From Polyangiaceae bacterium (lineage in GTDB: Bacteria > Myxococcota_A > Polyangia > Polyangiales > Polyangiaceae): a stretch of 64,000 nt of DNA. Of this stretch, positions 9,736 through 18,443 are shown piece after piece; positions within the stretch are counted from its first letter, which is position 1; each line of letters starts with the position of its first letter. The notes beneath the pieces are model-generated. The model searched no databases and was not told the origin of the DNA. It saw only the letters and a list, made by a program, of their open reading frames with translations. The stretch spans positions 421,673 to 485,672 of the forward strand of contig JBILLK010000002.1 of assembly GCA_044376115.1 (NCBI GenBank), read 5' to 3'. The position numbers and the translations under genes were made by a program.

Positions 9736-10427
9736 TTGAGAAACTCCACATCGACGATCACCCCCCAAGACAGCGCGAGCACCGGGATGACGCTTTGCTG
9801 CGTCTCAAGAGTTGCTGCCCCATAGAACAGGTCGAAAGCCACCTCTCCGGTAAGGCCGATTCCGGAGGTCAGAAAGTAAGAGACGCTGCCGGCGACTTCT
9901 CCACCGATGTTGATGTCGGGACTCAGCAAGATCGGTGTACCCAAACGACCGTAGAGCAACACTGGAAGGTCGGCGCGGTACGCTAGGACGTACGAGGGCG
10001 TGAGGTAGGGCTGAAAAACGCCCGTAACAGGGGCTCCGAGGTGCAGGCTCGCACCGTGTTGCAGGCCGTGCCCGTAAACGATGCTGGCCGCAAAATCGAG
10101 ATACGGGTCAACCAGCGAAAGCGAGGTTGCTTCGGCTCCTAACTGGGTGCTCAGCCGGTACGGGTTGTTGAAGCGAAAGCCGGTGCCTGCTGCGACCGAG
10201 CCGAAGAACCGCGCGCTCGCCCCGCGAGGAGCGTCGAGCCGCTTCAACGCGCGAGTCTCGCGCTCGCTGAGGGTGGTCTCTGTCGCGGCGTTCGCTTCAG
10301 CTTGCTCCGCCTCGGTCTGCTCCGCGCGGGCCGGCTGTGGAGCGAGCCAAGCGAGCACCACTACCCCGAGCCAGCCGCTCAACCGAAGTTGGATGGGTTC
10401 GACATTCACAGCGAATCCAAGGTCCAA
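9732..10427 (-). CDS. Probable small outer-membrane beta-barrel protein
   Basis: Signal peptide ending ARA; alternating beta strands; C-terminus WGVIVDVEFLK. Confidence 0.55.
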   Translation of the reverse strand: MDLGFAVNVEPIQLRLSGWLGVVVLAWLAPQPARAEQTEAEQAEANAATETTLSERETRALKRLDAPRGASARFFGSVAAGTGFRFNNPYRLSTQLGAEATSLSLVDPYLDFAASIVYGHGLQHGASLHLGAPVTGVFQPYLTPSYVLAYRADLPVLLYGRLGTPILLSPDINIGGEVAGSVSYFLTSGIGLTGEVAFDLFYGAATLETQQSVIPVLALSWGVIVDVEFLK

Positions 10428-10524
10428 GAGGCCATCGCGTTAACCGTCTTATCCTTTGGTGGACTTGCTTTCGAGAGAAATGACTCCGGCGGCCTTCGTC
10501 TGATCTTCTCGAAGAGGGCACGAG

Positions 10525-11691
10525 TCATTTTCTGTTTGCTGCATCCGCCTTCGGCGGAATGACGCCTTTGCGTTTGCTTGTGCCGCGCTTCGCTTTCGGC
10601 TTTGGTTTCGGCGAGCCACCGGCGCAGGCGGTTAGGACCAGGTGGGCAAGTCGGCTGACGCCCACCTCCTGCATCCTCTCAGGGTCAAACCAGCGCGCGG
10701 CCTCATACGGGGGCAGTGGGTCCTCCGTTTTATTGGCGGCGGTCGCGGTGGCCACCGTAACAGTCAGCACGCGATGGCTCAGCACGTGCTTGATCGTAGG
10801 TTGAAGAAGCTCGATTCCCTCGAGTTTGATGCCGATAGCGGTCAACCTCGCTACAAGTTCGCCGAGCTCCCCTTCCCCCATCGGCGGCTCCCAAAGCCCA
10901 GCGAAGAGGCCCGTGTTAGGCCGGCGCATGAGCAGCACGCGGTTCCCCTCTTTGATCACCAACGCGGCCATCGGCTGTGCGCGCACCTTGGTGGCTGACT
11001 CGACTTTGGGGAAGTCAGTCATGCGCTGATTCGCGAAGGCAGCGCAATCGCCGCGCAGCGGGCACTGGTCGCACTTGGGGGAGCTCGGCGTGCAAACCGT
11101 TGCCCCAAGCTCCATCATCGCTTGGTTGGAGTCCCCAGGCCTGCGTGCATCACAGAGCTGCGTTGCTAGGGCAGCGAGCGTTCGCTTGGTGCTGGCCTTG
11201 TCGATGGGCTCTTCGAGAGCCTTCCAGCGCGCGACCACACGCGCGACGTTGCCATCGACCACAGCCACATGAACGCCGTAACCGATACTGGCAACCGCGC
11301 GAGCGGTGTACTCACCGATGCCGGGCAGAGCTTCGAGCCCCTTGACCGTATTGGGGAAAATCCCAGCGTGGTTCTCGACCACCTCCTTGGCCGCGAGTTG
11401 GAGATTTCGCGCACGGCGGTAGTAGCCGAGCCCTGACCAGTTCGACAAAACCTCGTCGCTCGAGGCCTCTGCGAGAGCTTTCACCGTGGGGAAGCGCGCC
11501 ACGAAGCGCTGGTAGTAAGGGAGCACGGTATCGACGCGCGTCTGTTGGAGCATGACCTCCGAGATCCAGATGCGGTACACATCGTTCGTGTCGCGCCAAG
11601 GCAGCTGCCGTTTGCGCTGGTCAAACCAAGCGAGCAAGAGATCCCGCAGGGTGGCGTCAACATCGGCGGCGGCGTGTCGCTTGGTGGGCAC
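10525..11691 (-). CDS. mutY: A/G-specific adenine glycosylase MutY
   Basis: LPWR, WISEVMLQQT, WSGLGYYRRA, HhH LPGIGEYTA, VVDGNV, C-x6-C-x2-C-x5-C Fe-S motif, NUDIX-like C-terminus; GTG 11691 chosen as start. Confidence 0.95.
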   Translation of the reverse strand: MPTKRHAAADVDATLRDLLLAWFDQRKRQLPWRDTNDVYRIWISEVMLQQTRVDTVLPYYQRFVARFPTVKALAEASSDEVLSNWSGLGYYRRARNLQLAAKEVVENHAGIFPNTVKGLEALPGIGEYTARAVASIGYGVHVAVVDGNVARVVARWKALEEPIDKASTKRTLAALATQLCDARRPGDSNQAMMELGATVCTPSSPKCDQCPLRGDCAAFANQRMTDFPKVESATKVRAQPMAALVIKEGNRVLLMRRPNTGLFAGLWEPPMGEGELGELVARLTAIGIKLEGIELLQPTIKHVLSHRVLTVTVATATAANKTEDPLPPYEAARWFDPERMQEVGVSRLAHLVLTACAGGSPKPKPKAKRGTSKRKGVIPPKADAANRK

Positions 11692-12259
11692 AGCGGCGCA
11701 GCTTAGCCTCAGCACGCTGCTGCTGAACTGTGTTGATGAACCGTATGCCTGGGAACGTGGGAGCGGCCCCGCGCCAACTGTGACAGCGACGCCTTCGGCC
11801 GTTGACGACGCGGCTTCCGCAGAGGAGGCGCCTTCGGCTTTTCCTGGGCGTGCCATCTATGTGAGATGCCTCCAAGGCCTGGAGGCGGAGGGCAACCCAG
11901 TGCGAGATGCACATCGCTTGGCGCTCTCTTGCGGCCCCTCTGCGGGTATGAAGCCGCTGAGCGAGACCCCGCTCGAGGGCGCTCTAGCGCACGACGGGCC
12001 GCCGGCAACGTTCGCCCTAACCCTGCAGAACGGCCGTTGTTACCGTCTGTTCGGTGCGGCTGACGCGGGCATCACCGATCTGGAGGTCGAGGTTCGTTCG
12101 TCGCGCCAGGTGGTTTTGGCCAGCGACCATGGGACTTCGCGCTTGGCGGTGGTGCAGGCCGACCGGCCCTTCTGCGCGCTGGAGGACGGGGAAGCGACCA
12201 TCGTCGTATCGGCGAAGGGCGGGCGTGGGGCGTTTGCGCTCTTTGCGTGGGTGTTATGA
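11684..12259 (+). CDS. Hypothetical lipoprotein with PPC-like beta domain
   Basis: Possible lipobox LLLNC; G.CYR.F..A...I.DL motif; start uncertain. Confidence 0.5.
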   Translation: MGTAAQLSLSTLLLNCVDEPYAWERGSGPAPTVTATPSAVDDAASAEEAPSAFPGRAIYVRCLQGLEAEGNPVRDAHRLALSCGPSAGMKPLSETPLEGALAHDGPPATFALTLQNGRCYRLFGAADAGITDLEVEVRSSRQVVLASDHGTSRLAVVQADRPFCALEDGEATIVVSAKGGRGAFALFAWVL

Positions 12260-12314
12260 GCCCCCTTGGGCTTTGAGGATTGACGTTGATCGGCGGGAAC
12301 ATTAGTTCGCGGGG

Positions 12315-12842
12315 GTGGCCGAAGAGCGTGACGGCGAAGGGGCCTCTCCAAAGGCCGAATCAGGCGGGTCTGTTCCCCCGCCCGCCCCGGACCAGGAGCG
12401 GCGTCGGCTTTACGAGCGCGCCGTTCCCGAGGTCATCAAGCGCATCGTCGAGCGCGCCGTTGAAAGTGGCGTTGAAAAGCTGAACGAGATCGGTGAGCGG
12501 CCCGACAACCTTCGGCATTTTCTCAGTGAACTGCGCCTGCCCAAAGAGGTGCTCGCTGACGTCTATGCCCAGGGGGACGACACCAAGAACGGGCTGTATC
12601 GCGTGGTCGCAAAGGAGATTCGCGACGTCCTCGAGCACACGGCCATCGCCGACGAGATTGCGAAGGTGCTGACCAAGCTCTCGTTCGAGATCAAAACCGA
12701 AATCCGCTTCGTCCCCAACGACCGTGCTGAAGAGGCCGTCGAGGGTGAAAAGACAGAGCGTGAAGCCGTCCCTGTTCGCCCCAAAATCACAAGTGAAGTG
12801 AGCGTGAAAGAGCGCGGCACGAGCGACCCAAAGCGCAAGTAG
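12315..12842 (+). CDS. Hypothetical helical cytoplasmic protein
   Basis: Coding-like codon pattern; helical charged sequence. Confidence 0.7.
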   Translation: MAEERDGEGASPKAESGGSVPPPAPDQERRRLYERAVPEVIKRIVERAVESGVEKLNEIGERPDNLRHFLSELRLPKEVLADVYAQGDDTKNGLYRVVAKEIRDVLEHTAIADEIAKVLTKLSFEIKTEIRFVPNDRAEEAVEGEKTEREAVPVRPKITSEVSVKERGTSDPKRK

Positions 12843-12893
12843 CGCAAGCCTTGAGTGTGCTCTTTCGAGCACGTTGGAAGACCGGAAGACCGA

Positions 12894-13367
12894 ATGACGA
12901 TCGACAAGAAGAAGCCATACACAGGCGGCGAAATCGACGCTTTTTGCACCAAATGCAAAATGGACCTCAACCACCGCATCATCGCGATGGTTGGTGAAGA
13001 TGTGAAGCGCGTCGAGTGCCTCACCTGCCATGGAGCTCACAACTACCGACGACCCGCCGCTGAACGGGAGCGGGAGAAAGAGCAAAAGGCCCACACCAAG
13101 GCCATCCACGCTGGCACCTCAACCAAGCGTGAGCCGAAGTCTGCGCCCAAGACTGAGCGCTCGCAAAAAGCGAGCTGGGAGAAGTCCATCGCCGGCCAAC
13201 CGGCGTCGGCGTTCAAGTCCTACAGCATCAAGGCCGGCTTCAACGCTGGCGATCTTGTGAGGCACTCCAAGTTCGGTGACGGCGTGATCGCGCGCGTTCT
13301 CGACCCACACAAGGTTGAGATCCTGTTCGAGGACGGTCCGCGCACGATGGCGCAAAACACGCCGTGA
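12894..13367 (+). CDS. Zn-ribbon + PcrA/UvrD C-terminal Tudor-like domain protein
   Basis: CTKC...CLTC; C-terminal GDLVRHSKFGDGVI..V...KVEILF. Confidence 0.65.
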   Translation: MTIDKKKPYTGGEIDAFCTKCKMDLNHRIIAMVGEDVKRVECLTCHGAHNYRRPAAEREREKEQKAHTKAIHAGTSTKREPKSAPKTERSQKASWEKSIAGQPASAFKSYSIKAGFNAGDLVRHSKFGDGVIARVLDPHKVEILFEDGPRTMAQNTP

Positions 13368-13396
13368 TCTAGCGGCGTCGCACAGCGCGCTGCGGC

Positions 13397-14605
13397 TCAG
13401 CCGTTGCGCGCTGTTTTCTTTGGTGCGCTGCGCTTCAAGTAGAAGAAATCTCGTTGCGCGGGCGTGCGTGCGTATTCGGCCGGGTTGAACTTCAGGTCCG
13501 GGATCAGCGGGCTGCCAAGGCTCGCTCCAGACTCGCCGTGCTCGAACAAGAAGAAGCGCGGGTAGATGAAGTTCACGTCGAGTTGCGCTGCATCGTGCGC
13601 ACCAGCCGCTTGCATAGCGCGGCCGATCGACTGGGCCGTGGTGGACTCACCAAGGCCGTAGAAGAGGAACTTCCCGTCCGACGACAGCCCGATCGCGCTC
13701 CTTCGGATGATCGTGTCGCCGCCCACCGCCGCGCCCCAGTTCTTGTTGAACTCGTGCAAAAGGCCGGGATTAGGCTCGCCGTTCTCGATCAGACACGGCG
13801 GAGTCTGCCGATACCAGCTGATTTGGCCGTCCTGCTCCTTCAACGTTGAGAAGGTTCGTATCGCCATCGAGCCGTCCTGCTTGCGAGCAACCGTGCAGCC
13901 AATGTCGCGCGGCGGAAGAAATACGTCGGTGCCGAGCTTCATGCCGTAGTTGCCGTGCATCGCCTTGAAGCCACCGTTGAACACCGCCAGGAGCTGCGAG
14001 TGGTCTTCCTCAGGGATCGACCCAGGCCTCGACGACCGCGGCACCTGTTGGCTCTTGGGTTCGTCGGTGCCAGCGACCAAGTGGAGCTCAGCTTGCGTCA
14101 GGTCGACCGCGACGACCGCCACCGCGGTGAACGGCCGCTTGGGGTCGGGGTGGAGCTGGGTGCGCCACATCACCACGCTCTTGTCGTCTGAGGGGGCTCG
14201 CAAGACAGACCAGACGCCATCGTTCGGCCCTGCGACTCGCTCATGCAACACCGTCGCCTTGGGCGGAGCCCCGGCCAGCGGATCGACGACGACGCGCTGC
14301 CCCGACTCGGTAACCACCACCACGGGCTCTTGCGACGGCTCTTCCCAGAAGGTTGTTGGGGTTTCGTCGCCACGGGTTTGCACCTTGACGAAGTCCTCCA
14401 TCCCGTAAACGAGGTCCTCCGCCCAAGCCACCGGCTTCGGACCTACGATCGCTCGTACGCCGTCGGCAACGGCCGGACCGAAGCCCGGAAACTCATGTAG
14501 CGCAAAACGAAAACCGAGCCCCAGCACGGCGAGCGAGCCGCCTGCAATGAGCATCCGTTTTGCCCAACGCCGCCTTCGAGAAACCTTCGAATCCGTTTTG
14601 CTCAC
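13397..14605 (-). CDS. Phosphodiester glycosidase (NAGPA-like) membrane-anchored protein
   Basis: N-terminal TM; FNGGF, RSAIG, AAQLD motifs; GTG 14605 chosen as start. Confidence 0.6.
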   Translation of the reverse strand: MSKTDSKVSRRRRWAKRMLIAGGSLAVLGLGFRFALHEFPGFGPAVADGVRAIVGPKPVAWAEDLVYGMEDFVKVQTRGDETPTTFWEEPSQEPVVVVTESGQRVVVDPLAGAPPKATVLHERVAGPNDGVWSVLRAPSDDKSVVMWRTQLHPDPKRPFTAVAVVAVDLTQAELHLVAGTDEPKSQQVPRSSRPGSIPEEDHSQLLAVFNGGFKAMHGNYGMKLGTDVFLPPRDIGCTVARKQDGSMAIRTFSTLKEQDGQISWYRQTPPCLIENGEPNPGLLHEFNKNWGAAVGGDTIIRRSAIGLSSDGKFLFYGLGESTTAQSIGRAMQAAGAHDAAQLDVNFIYPRFFLFEHGESGASLGSPLIPDLKFNPAEYARTPAQRDFFYLKRSAPKKTARNG

Positions 14606-14712
14606 GTGGACCCACCTTAGCGCAGCCGCCCACGTCCGCCCAAAAAGCAGCTCAGCGGGTTGCATATGTTTAACGTCCCGCTGGCTCCTAACCATTCCGC
14701 CAAAGGCGGTTG

Positions 14713-17235
14713 CTACAGCGGGAAGACCATGCCCGTCTGCAACTCGACGGCAACACGCTTGGAGTCGGCGTCCGGAGGTGACCCGTATGAACCGATGCCG
14801 ACCTCGACCCTATGTGTGCCGACGCAGCGCAAAAACACGCGCTGGCCCACCGACTCCGGACCGAGCTCACACTCGACCCGCATCACGCGCGGATCGTCGG
14901 CGGCAACCTCACCGTCATAGTCGGCGCGCATGAACAGCACGTCGACGGTCGGGCGCAAACAGGGCCCCATCTCGCGCCACTCGTCGTATTCGACACTCGG
15001 GTCGATCACGTCGGCCAGCTGGCCGTGGCGGGCGCGTCCAACGCGGTAGCGGAACGCGTCGCGCTGCTCCGTCCGCTTGGTGACTCCGATCTTGTCGAGA
15101 CGCAGGGCCAAGGCGCCAAGAGCGGTGGCCGTCTTCACCGTGGCCGTCGAAAGGTTCGTACGATCGGGCTCACGGAATTTGTGGATTCGCACGTTGGCCG
15201 GCAGGCTCTTGGTCAATAGATCCTGCAACCCCAAGTGCATCGACATACGTCCACCGAGGAACACGCGCAGCCCCTCGTGGGGGTCTGAACCGCGGGCCAA
15301 GCGAGTGAGCGCGGAAGCGAGCCGCAGATTGAACTCCTGAATCGCAGCCGAGAACCAACTATCCATCAGCTGACGCAGCGTCATGCGGTTGAGCGCAATC
15401 TTGACGTCGACCTGCCCACCCTTGAGCGAACCCAAGCGCACCGAAGTCGGCAGCCGATAGGTCGGATCTCCCTCGAACAAAGGCCGCAGTACGTCTTTCA
15501 AGATGCTGGTGTTGGCGCGGGCCTCTGGACACGGCACTAGCACAGCATCAGCGCCGGGCAGCGCGGGCTCTTCCGGCGGAATGTCGATCGGCACCTCAAG
15601 CTGGAGCATGTCGGTCAAGTGGTCGGCGAAGACTCGGTAGGCGAGCCGATGAAGCAGGCGTTCTGCACCAAACCACGGGATGACCGCCGGTTCGAGGTGC
15701 TCGATGATGAGGGTGAAGCCCTCCTTCTTTTCGTCTCCGCTCGGCTCGCGCAACGTTCCAAACACGAGCCCCGTCTCGCTCGCGCCGGCCTCGAATACGG
15801 CGAAGGTGATCGGCCCGTCCTTCGGGATCGCGCTGAACGTTCGATAGGCGTGGGCAAGGAAGCAGATGGCGCTGGGACCAGCGTCCGCCACGATCAGCTT
15901 GTCGAGCTCATGGTACTCGAGCAGCCCTGCGGGCAGGCTCTTGTAGATACCGCGCCGAATGGCCACCAGCACCGAACGACGACGCTCTGCCGACCAGCCT
16001 GTGGGCATGCAGATCAGGTACCGGTTGGTGATACCGCGCAGCCGATGATTGACGTGGAGCCCGATGTGGTACGCGTACGCCTCGATCGGATCGAACGGGT
16101 CGTAGGCGCCGATGCCTTCTTCATCGATGATCGGCGGCGCCGGCTTCTTGATCTGCTCGGGGCTATCCGGATCATTGATGCCGCGTAGCCGGAAGAGCTT
16201 GTTGTGATCCGACCAATCTCGGATCAGCGGCAGCTCGGTGATGCTTGCAGCTGCGCGGATGAACGCCGGGGATTCAACGGCTGTGGATGCGAACCCAACG
16301 CGAAAGTCCTCGAGCCGCACGTGCGGTTGAATCACGCGTTCACGCCAAGCACGGAGAGTGCCCTTGAGATCGACGAAGGTGAGCTCGGCCGGGTTCTCGT
16401 AGTCGGCAGGGCGCTTGACTGGCTCTTGGGTGCAGAGTCGGAAGAACTCGGGGTTCGACCGTTCGGTGCGGGTTGCGACGGTGAAGGAGCGGGCTCCCAC
16501 GTCGATCACGCACCACTCCCCCGTGCGCAAATCCTGGCGCGGATCTCTACGTACGACGTTGGCAGGAGCCTGATCGCGGTCGGCTCGACCTAGCTTGCGG
16601 AGAATCCCGACGACCTTGCCTTGGCGAAGCACGGCGATGGCGCGAATGCCGCTGTAGCGCGACCCCTCCCACGTGCCGCCCTCGGGCGAGACGAGGTGAG
16701 GTCCTGGCACGATGGGCAGACCAGCTACTTGGTTGGCGAAAAGATCCGCGACTTGGTCGGGGCTCGGTGTCGCGTCGTAGCGCTCCACCTTGATCGGCGG
16801 CGCGTAGTAGTCCTGCGGCCCATTGCCGTAGATGCGGGGCGTGGCCTGAATCAGCTTGAGGTAGGGGATCGGCGAGGTCCGCTCGTCGATCAGGAACTCC
16901 TGAAACGTAGCCTGCGGCGTGAGCAGGTTTTCCATCTCCGGCGCCAGCCGAGGCACCGTGTTGTTCATCTCGGTGCCGAAGTAGAAATACTTGGTCGGAG
17001 CATTACCGACGAAGGCTGCGATACGAACCGGATTGAAAGCCGCCGGTGGTTCGAGCGGTGGCAACGCGAGCAAGTAATCCAGCACGACCATCGTGCTCCA
17101 CGACTGACCAAAGATCGTCGATTCCCAGCCAACTACAAGCGTTGGGAACTCGCGTTGCGAGAGACTAGCGACGGAGGTGATGGCCTCAGCCTCAGCAAGT
17201 CTTTCCGGAGCGATTGACAGCTCGTAGAGCGCCAT
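14713..17235 (-). CDS. Large divergent Hsp70/actin-fold protein
   Basis: VIDVGARSFTVA, ICMPTGWS, FAVFEAGA, FGAERL, VFLGGR, ATALGAL occur in the order of the Hsp70 NBD motifs. Confidence 0.6.
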   Translation of the reverse strand: MALYELSIAPERLAEAEAITSVASLSQREFPTLVVGWESTIFGQSWSTMVVLDYLLALPPLEPPAAFNPVRIAAFVGNAPTKYFYFGTEMNNTVPRLAPEMENLLTPQATFQEFLIDERTSPIPYLKLIQATPRIYGNGPQDYYAPPIKVERYDATPSPDQVADLFANQVAGLPIVPGPHLVSPEGGTWEGSRYSGIRAIAVLRQGKVVGILRKLGRADRDQAPANVVRRDPRQDLRTGEWCVIDVGARSFTVATRTERSNPEFFRLCTQEPVKRPADYENPAELTFVDLKGTLRAWRERVIQPHVRLEDFRVGFASTAVESPAFIRAAASITELPLIRDWSDHNKLFRLRGINDPDSPEQIKKPAPPIIDEEGIGAYDPFDPIEAYAYHIGLHVNHRLRGITNRYLICMPTGWSAERRRSVLVAIRRGIYKSLPAGLLEYHELDKLIVADAGPSAICFLAHAYRTFSAIPKDGPITFAVFEAGASETGLVFGTLREPSGDEKKEGFTLIIEHLEPAVIPWFGAERLLHRLAYRVFADHLTDMLQLEVPIDIPPEEPALPGADAVLVPCPEARANTSILKDVLRPLFEGDPTYRLPTSVRLGSLKGGQVDVKIALNRMTLRQLMDSWFSAAIQEFNLRLASALTRLARGSDPHEGLRVFLGGRMSMHLGLQDLLTKSLPANVRIHKFREPDRTNLSTATVKTATALGALALRLDKIGVTKRTEQRDAFRYRVGRARHGQLADVIDPSVEYDEWREMGPCLRPTVDVLFMRADYDGEVAADDPRVMRVECELGPESVGQRVFLRCVGTHRVEVGIGSYGSPPDADSKRVAVELQTGMVFPL

Positions 17236-17442
17236 AGGGGAAAACTCGTGTGTCGTGGCGGCGTAAGGAGGCGGCTCAAGGGGAAACCGAGCCCTGCCGT
17301 GGGACCCGCATGGTCGTCACAGCACAACGACTGCAGAGTGCGGCCGCGCCAGGACCTTACCAAAACCCCGCAACCACCAAGAAACTTTTTCCTCCATGGT
17401 TGGCGAGCGGGGCGGACCAATCCCCCTCTCGCGCCACAAACG

Positions 17443-17472
17443 AAAAAACGCCCGGACAAATCCGAGCGTTTT
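17443..17472 (-). terminator. Intrinsic terminator downstream of tRNA-Gly
   Basis: Minus strand: ACGCTCGGA-TTTG-TCCGGGCGT stem followed by a T run. Confidence 0.75.
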
Positions 17473-17529
17473 CCCCCACACCTAACCTCTTTCTCTAGCG
17501 AGAAAGAGACTTGTAGAACCCGCACTTTG

Positions 17530-17602
17530 AGCGGGAGACGGGATTCGAACCCGCGACCCTCAGCTTGGGAAGCTGATGCTCTACCAACTGAGCTACTCCC
17601 GC
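17530..17602 (-). tRNA. tRNA-Gly(CCC), CCA end not encoded
   Basis: GCGGGAG acceptor, D-arm AGCTCAGTTGGTAGAGC, anticodon stem TCAGC/GCTGA with loop TTCCCAA, T-loop GTTCGAATC. Confidence 0.97.
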
Positions 17603-17752
17603 AAACGCGACGACGCAGACGGTAGTCGAAAGCCGCTGCCTTGGCAAGTGGCTGCGCTTTGTTTCGGCGTTACGCAGCGGCTCCTGCCAACTCGAAGGGC
17701 GAACGGCGCCTTTGGCGGAATGACTGGCAGCCCCCGACGGTTCCAGGTGCCG

Positions 17753-18214
17753 ATGTCGAAAGAGACGATTCTATGGGCCCACCTCGCGCAGACGAGCCAC
17801 TTCGACCGGCTGGTGGCAAGAGCGGCGCTTTCGATACGAAGCGTCGAGGTCGAGGAGGAGGTCAGCGTCGATGGCGCGCTCGCCTCCCTGAATCGTCCAG
17901 CCCCATTTCGACCGACCTTGGTCTTGGCGTCGTTGGACTTGCCGAAGGCTCCGCAAGGCGCGGCAATCGTCGCGCGCGCAGCCCTTGCTCAAGGCGTACC
18001 TGCGATCTTTCTCGGCCTTGGAAGTCGCTGGGTAGCTGAGGATCTTCGCGCCCTGCCCACGCTCGACGGAGAGGCGACCAGCCAGGAGTTTCGCGCAGCT
18101 TGGCGACGAGCCAAGGCAATCCTGCGCCAACGTGAGGAGAGGACTTCCCTCGCGGCGCCGCTTTCGTTAAGAGAAAGCCGTCATGAGCGCCAAGGTTGTG
18201 CAGACCCGATGTGA
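17753..18214 (+). CDS. Atypical receiver-like domain protein
   Basis: V..AL..L....PTLVLASLDLP...G..VP.IFL follows the CheY fold pattern. Confidence 0.45.
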   Translation: MSKETILWAHLAQTSHFDRLVARAALSIRSVEVEEEVSVDGALASLNRPAPFRPTLVLASLDLPKAPQGAAIVARAALAQGVPAIFLGLGSRWVAEDLRALPTLDGEATSQEFRAAWRRAKAILRQREERTSLAAPLSLRESRHERQGCADPM

Positions 18215-18404
18215 GTGTCAGGCCACTCTTTTTGCTGAACTGACAGCGGACCGTTGTGTCGCTGCTGGTTACGCGGCGCGCGCAGGCAAGCGGGAGACCT
18301 CCCCTGCGCACTCGATCAACAAGGACGGGTCGCTCTTTGACGTTGGTTGGCTGTGCCCGTACTGCGGTCGAAACGTCATGAGAACGTTCGCGGCAACAGC
18401 CTAG
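18183..18404 (+). CDS. Small putative Zn-binding protein
   Basis: CEC...CPYC; AGAGAAAG upstream of the ATG. Confidence 0.55.
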   Translation: MSAKVVQTRCECQATLFAELTADRCVAAGYAARAGKRETSPAHSINKDGSLFDVGWLCPYCGRNVMRTFAATA

Positions 18405-18443
18405 CTCGCTCGCTTCCCAGCGCATTCTGGTGTAGGCCAGGGC

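Noticed and set aside
13397..17602. Genomic island integrated at tRNA-Gly
   Set aside because: No integrase, no duplicated tRNA 3' end seen, the terminator is intact, and no obvious compositional shift
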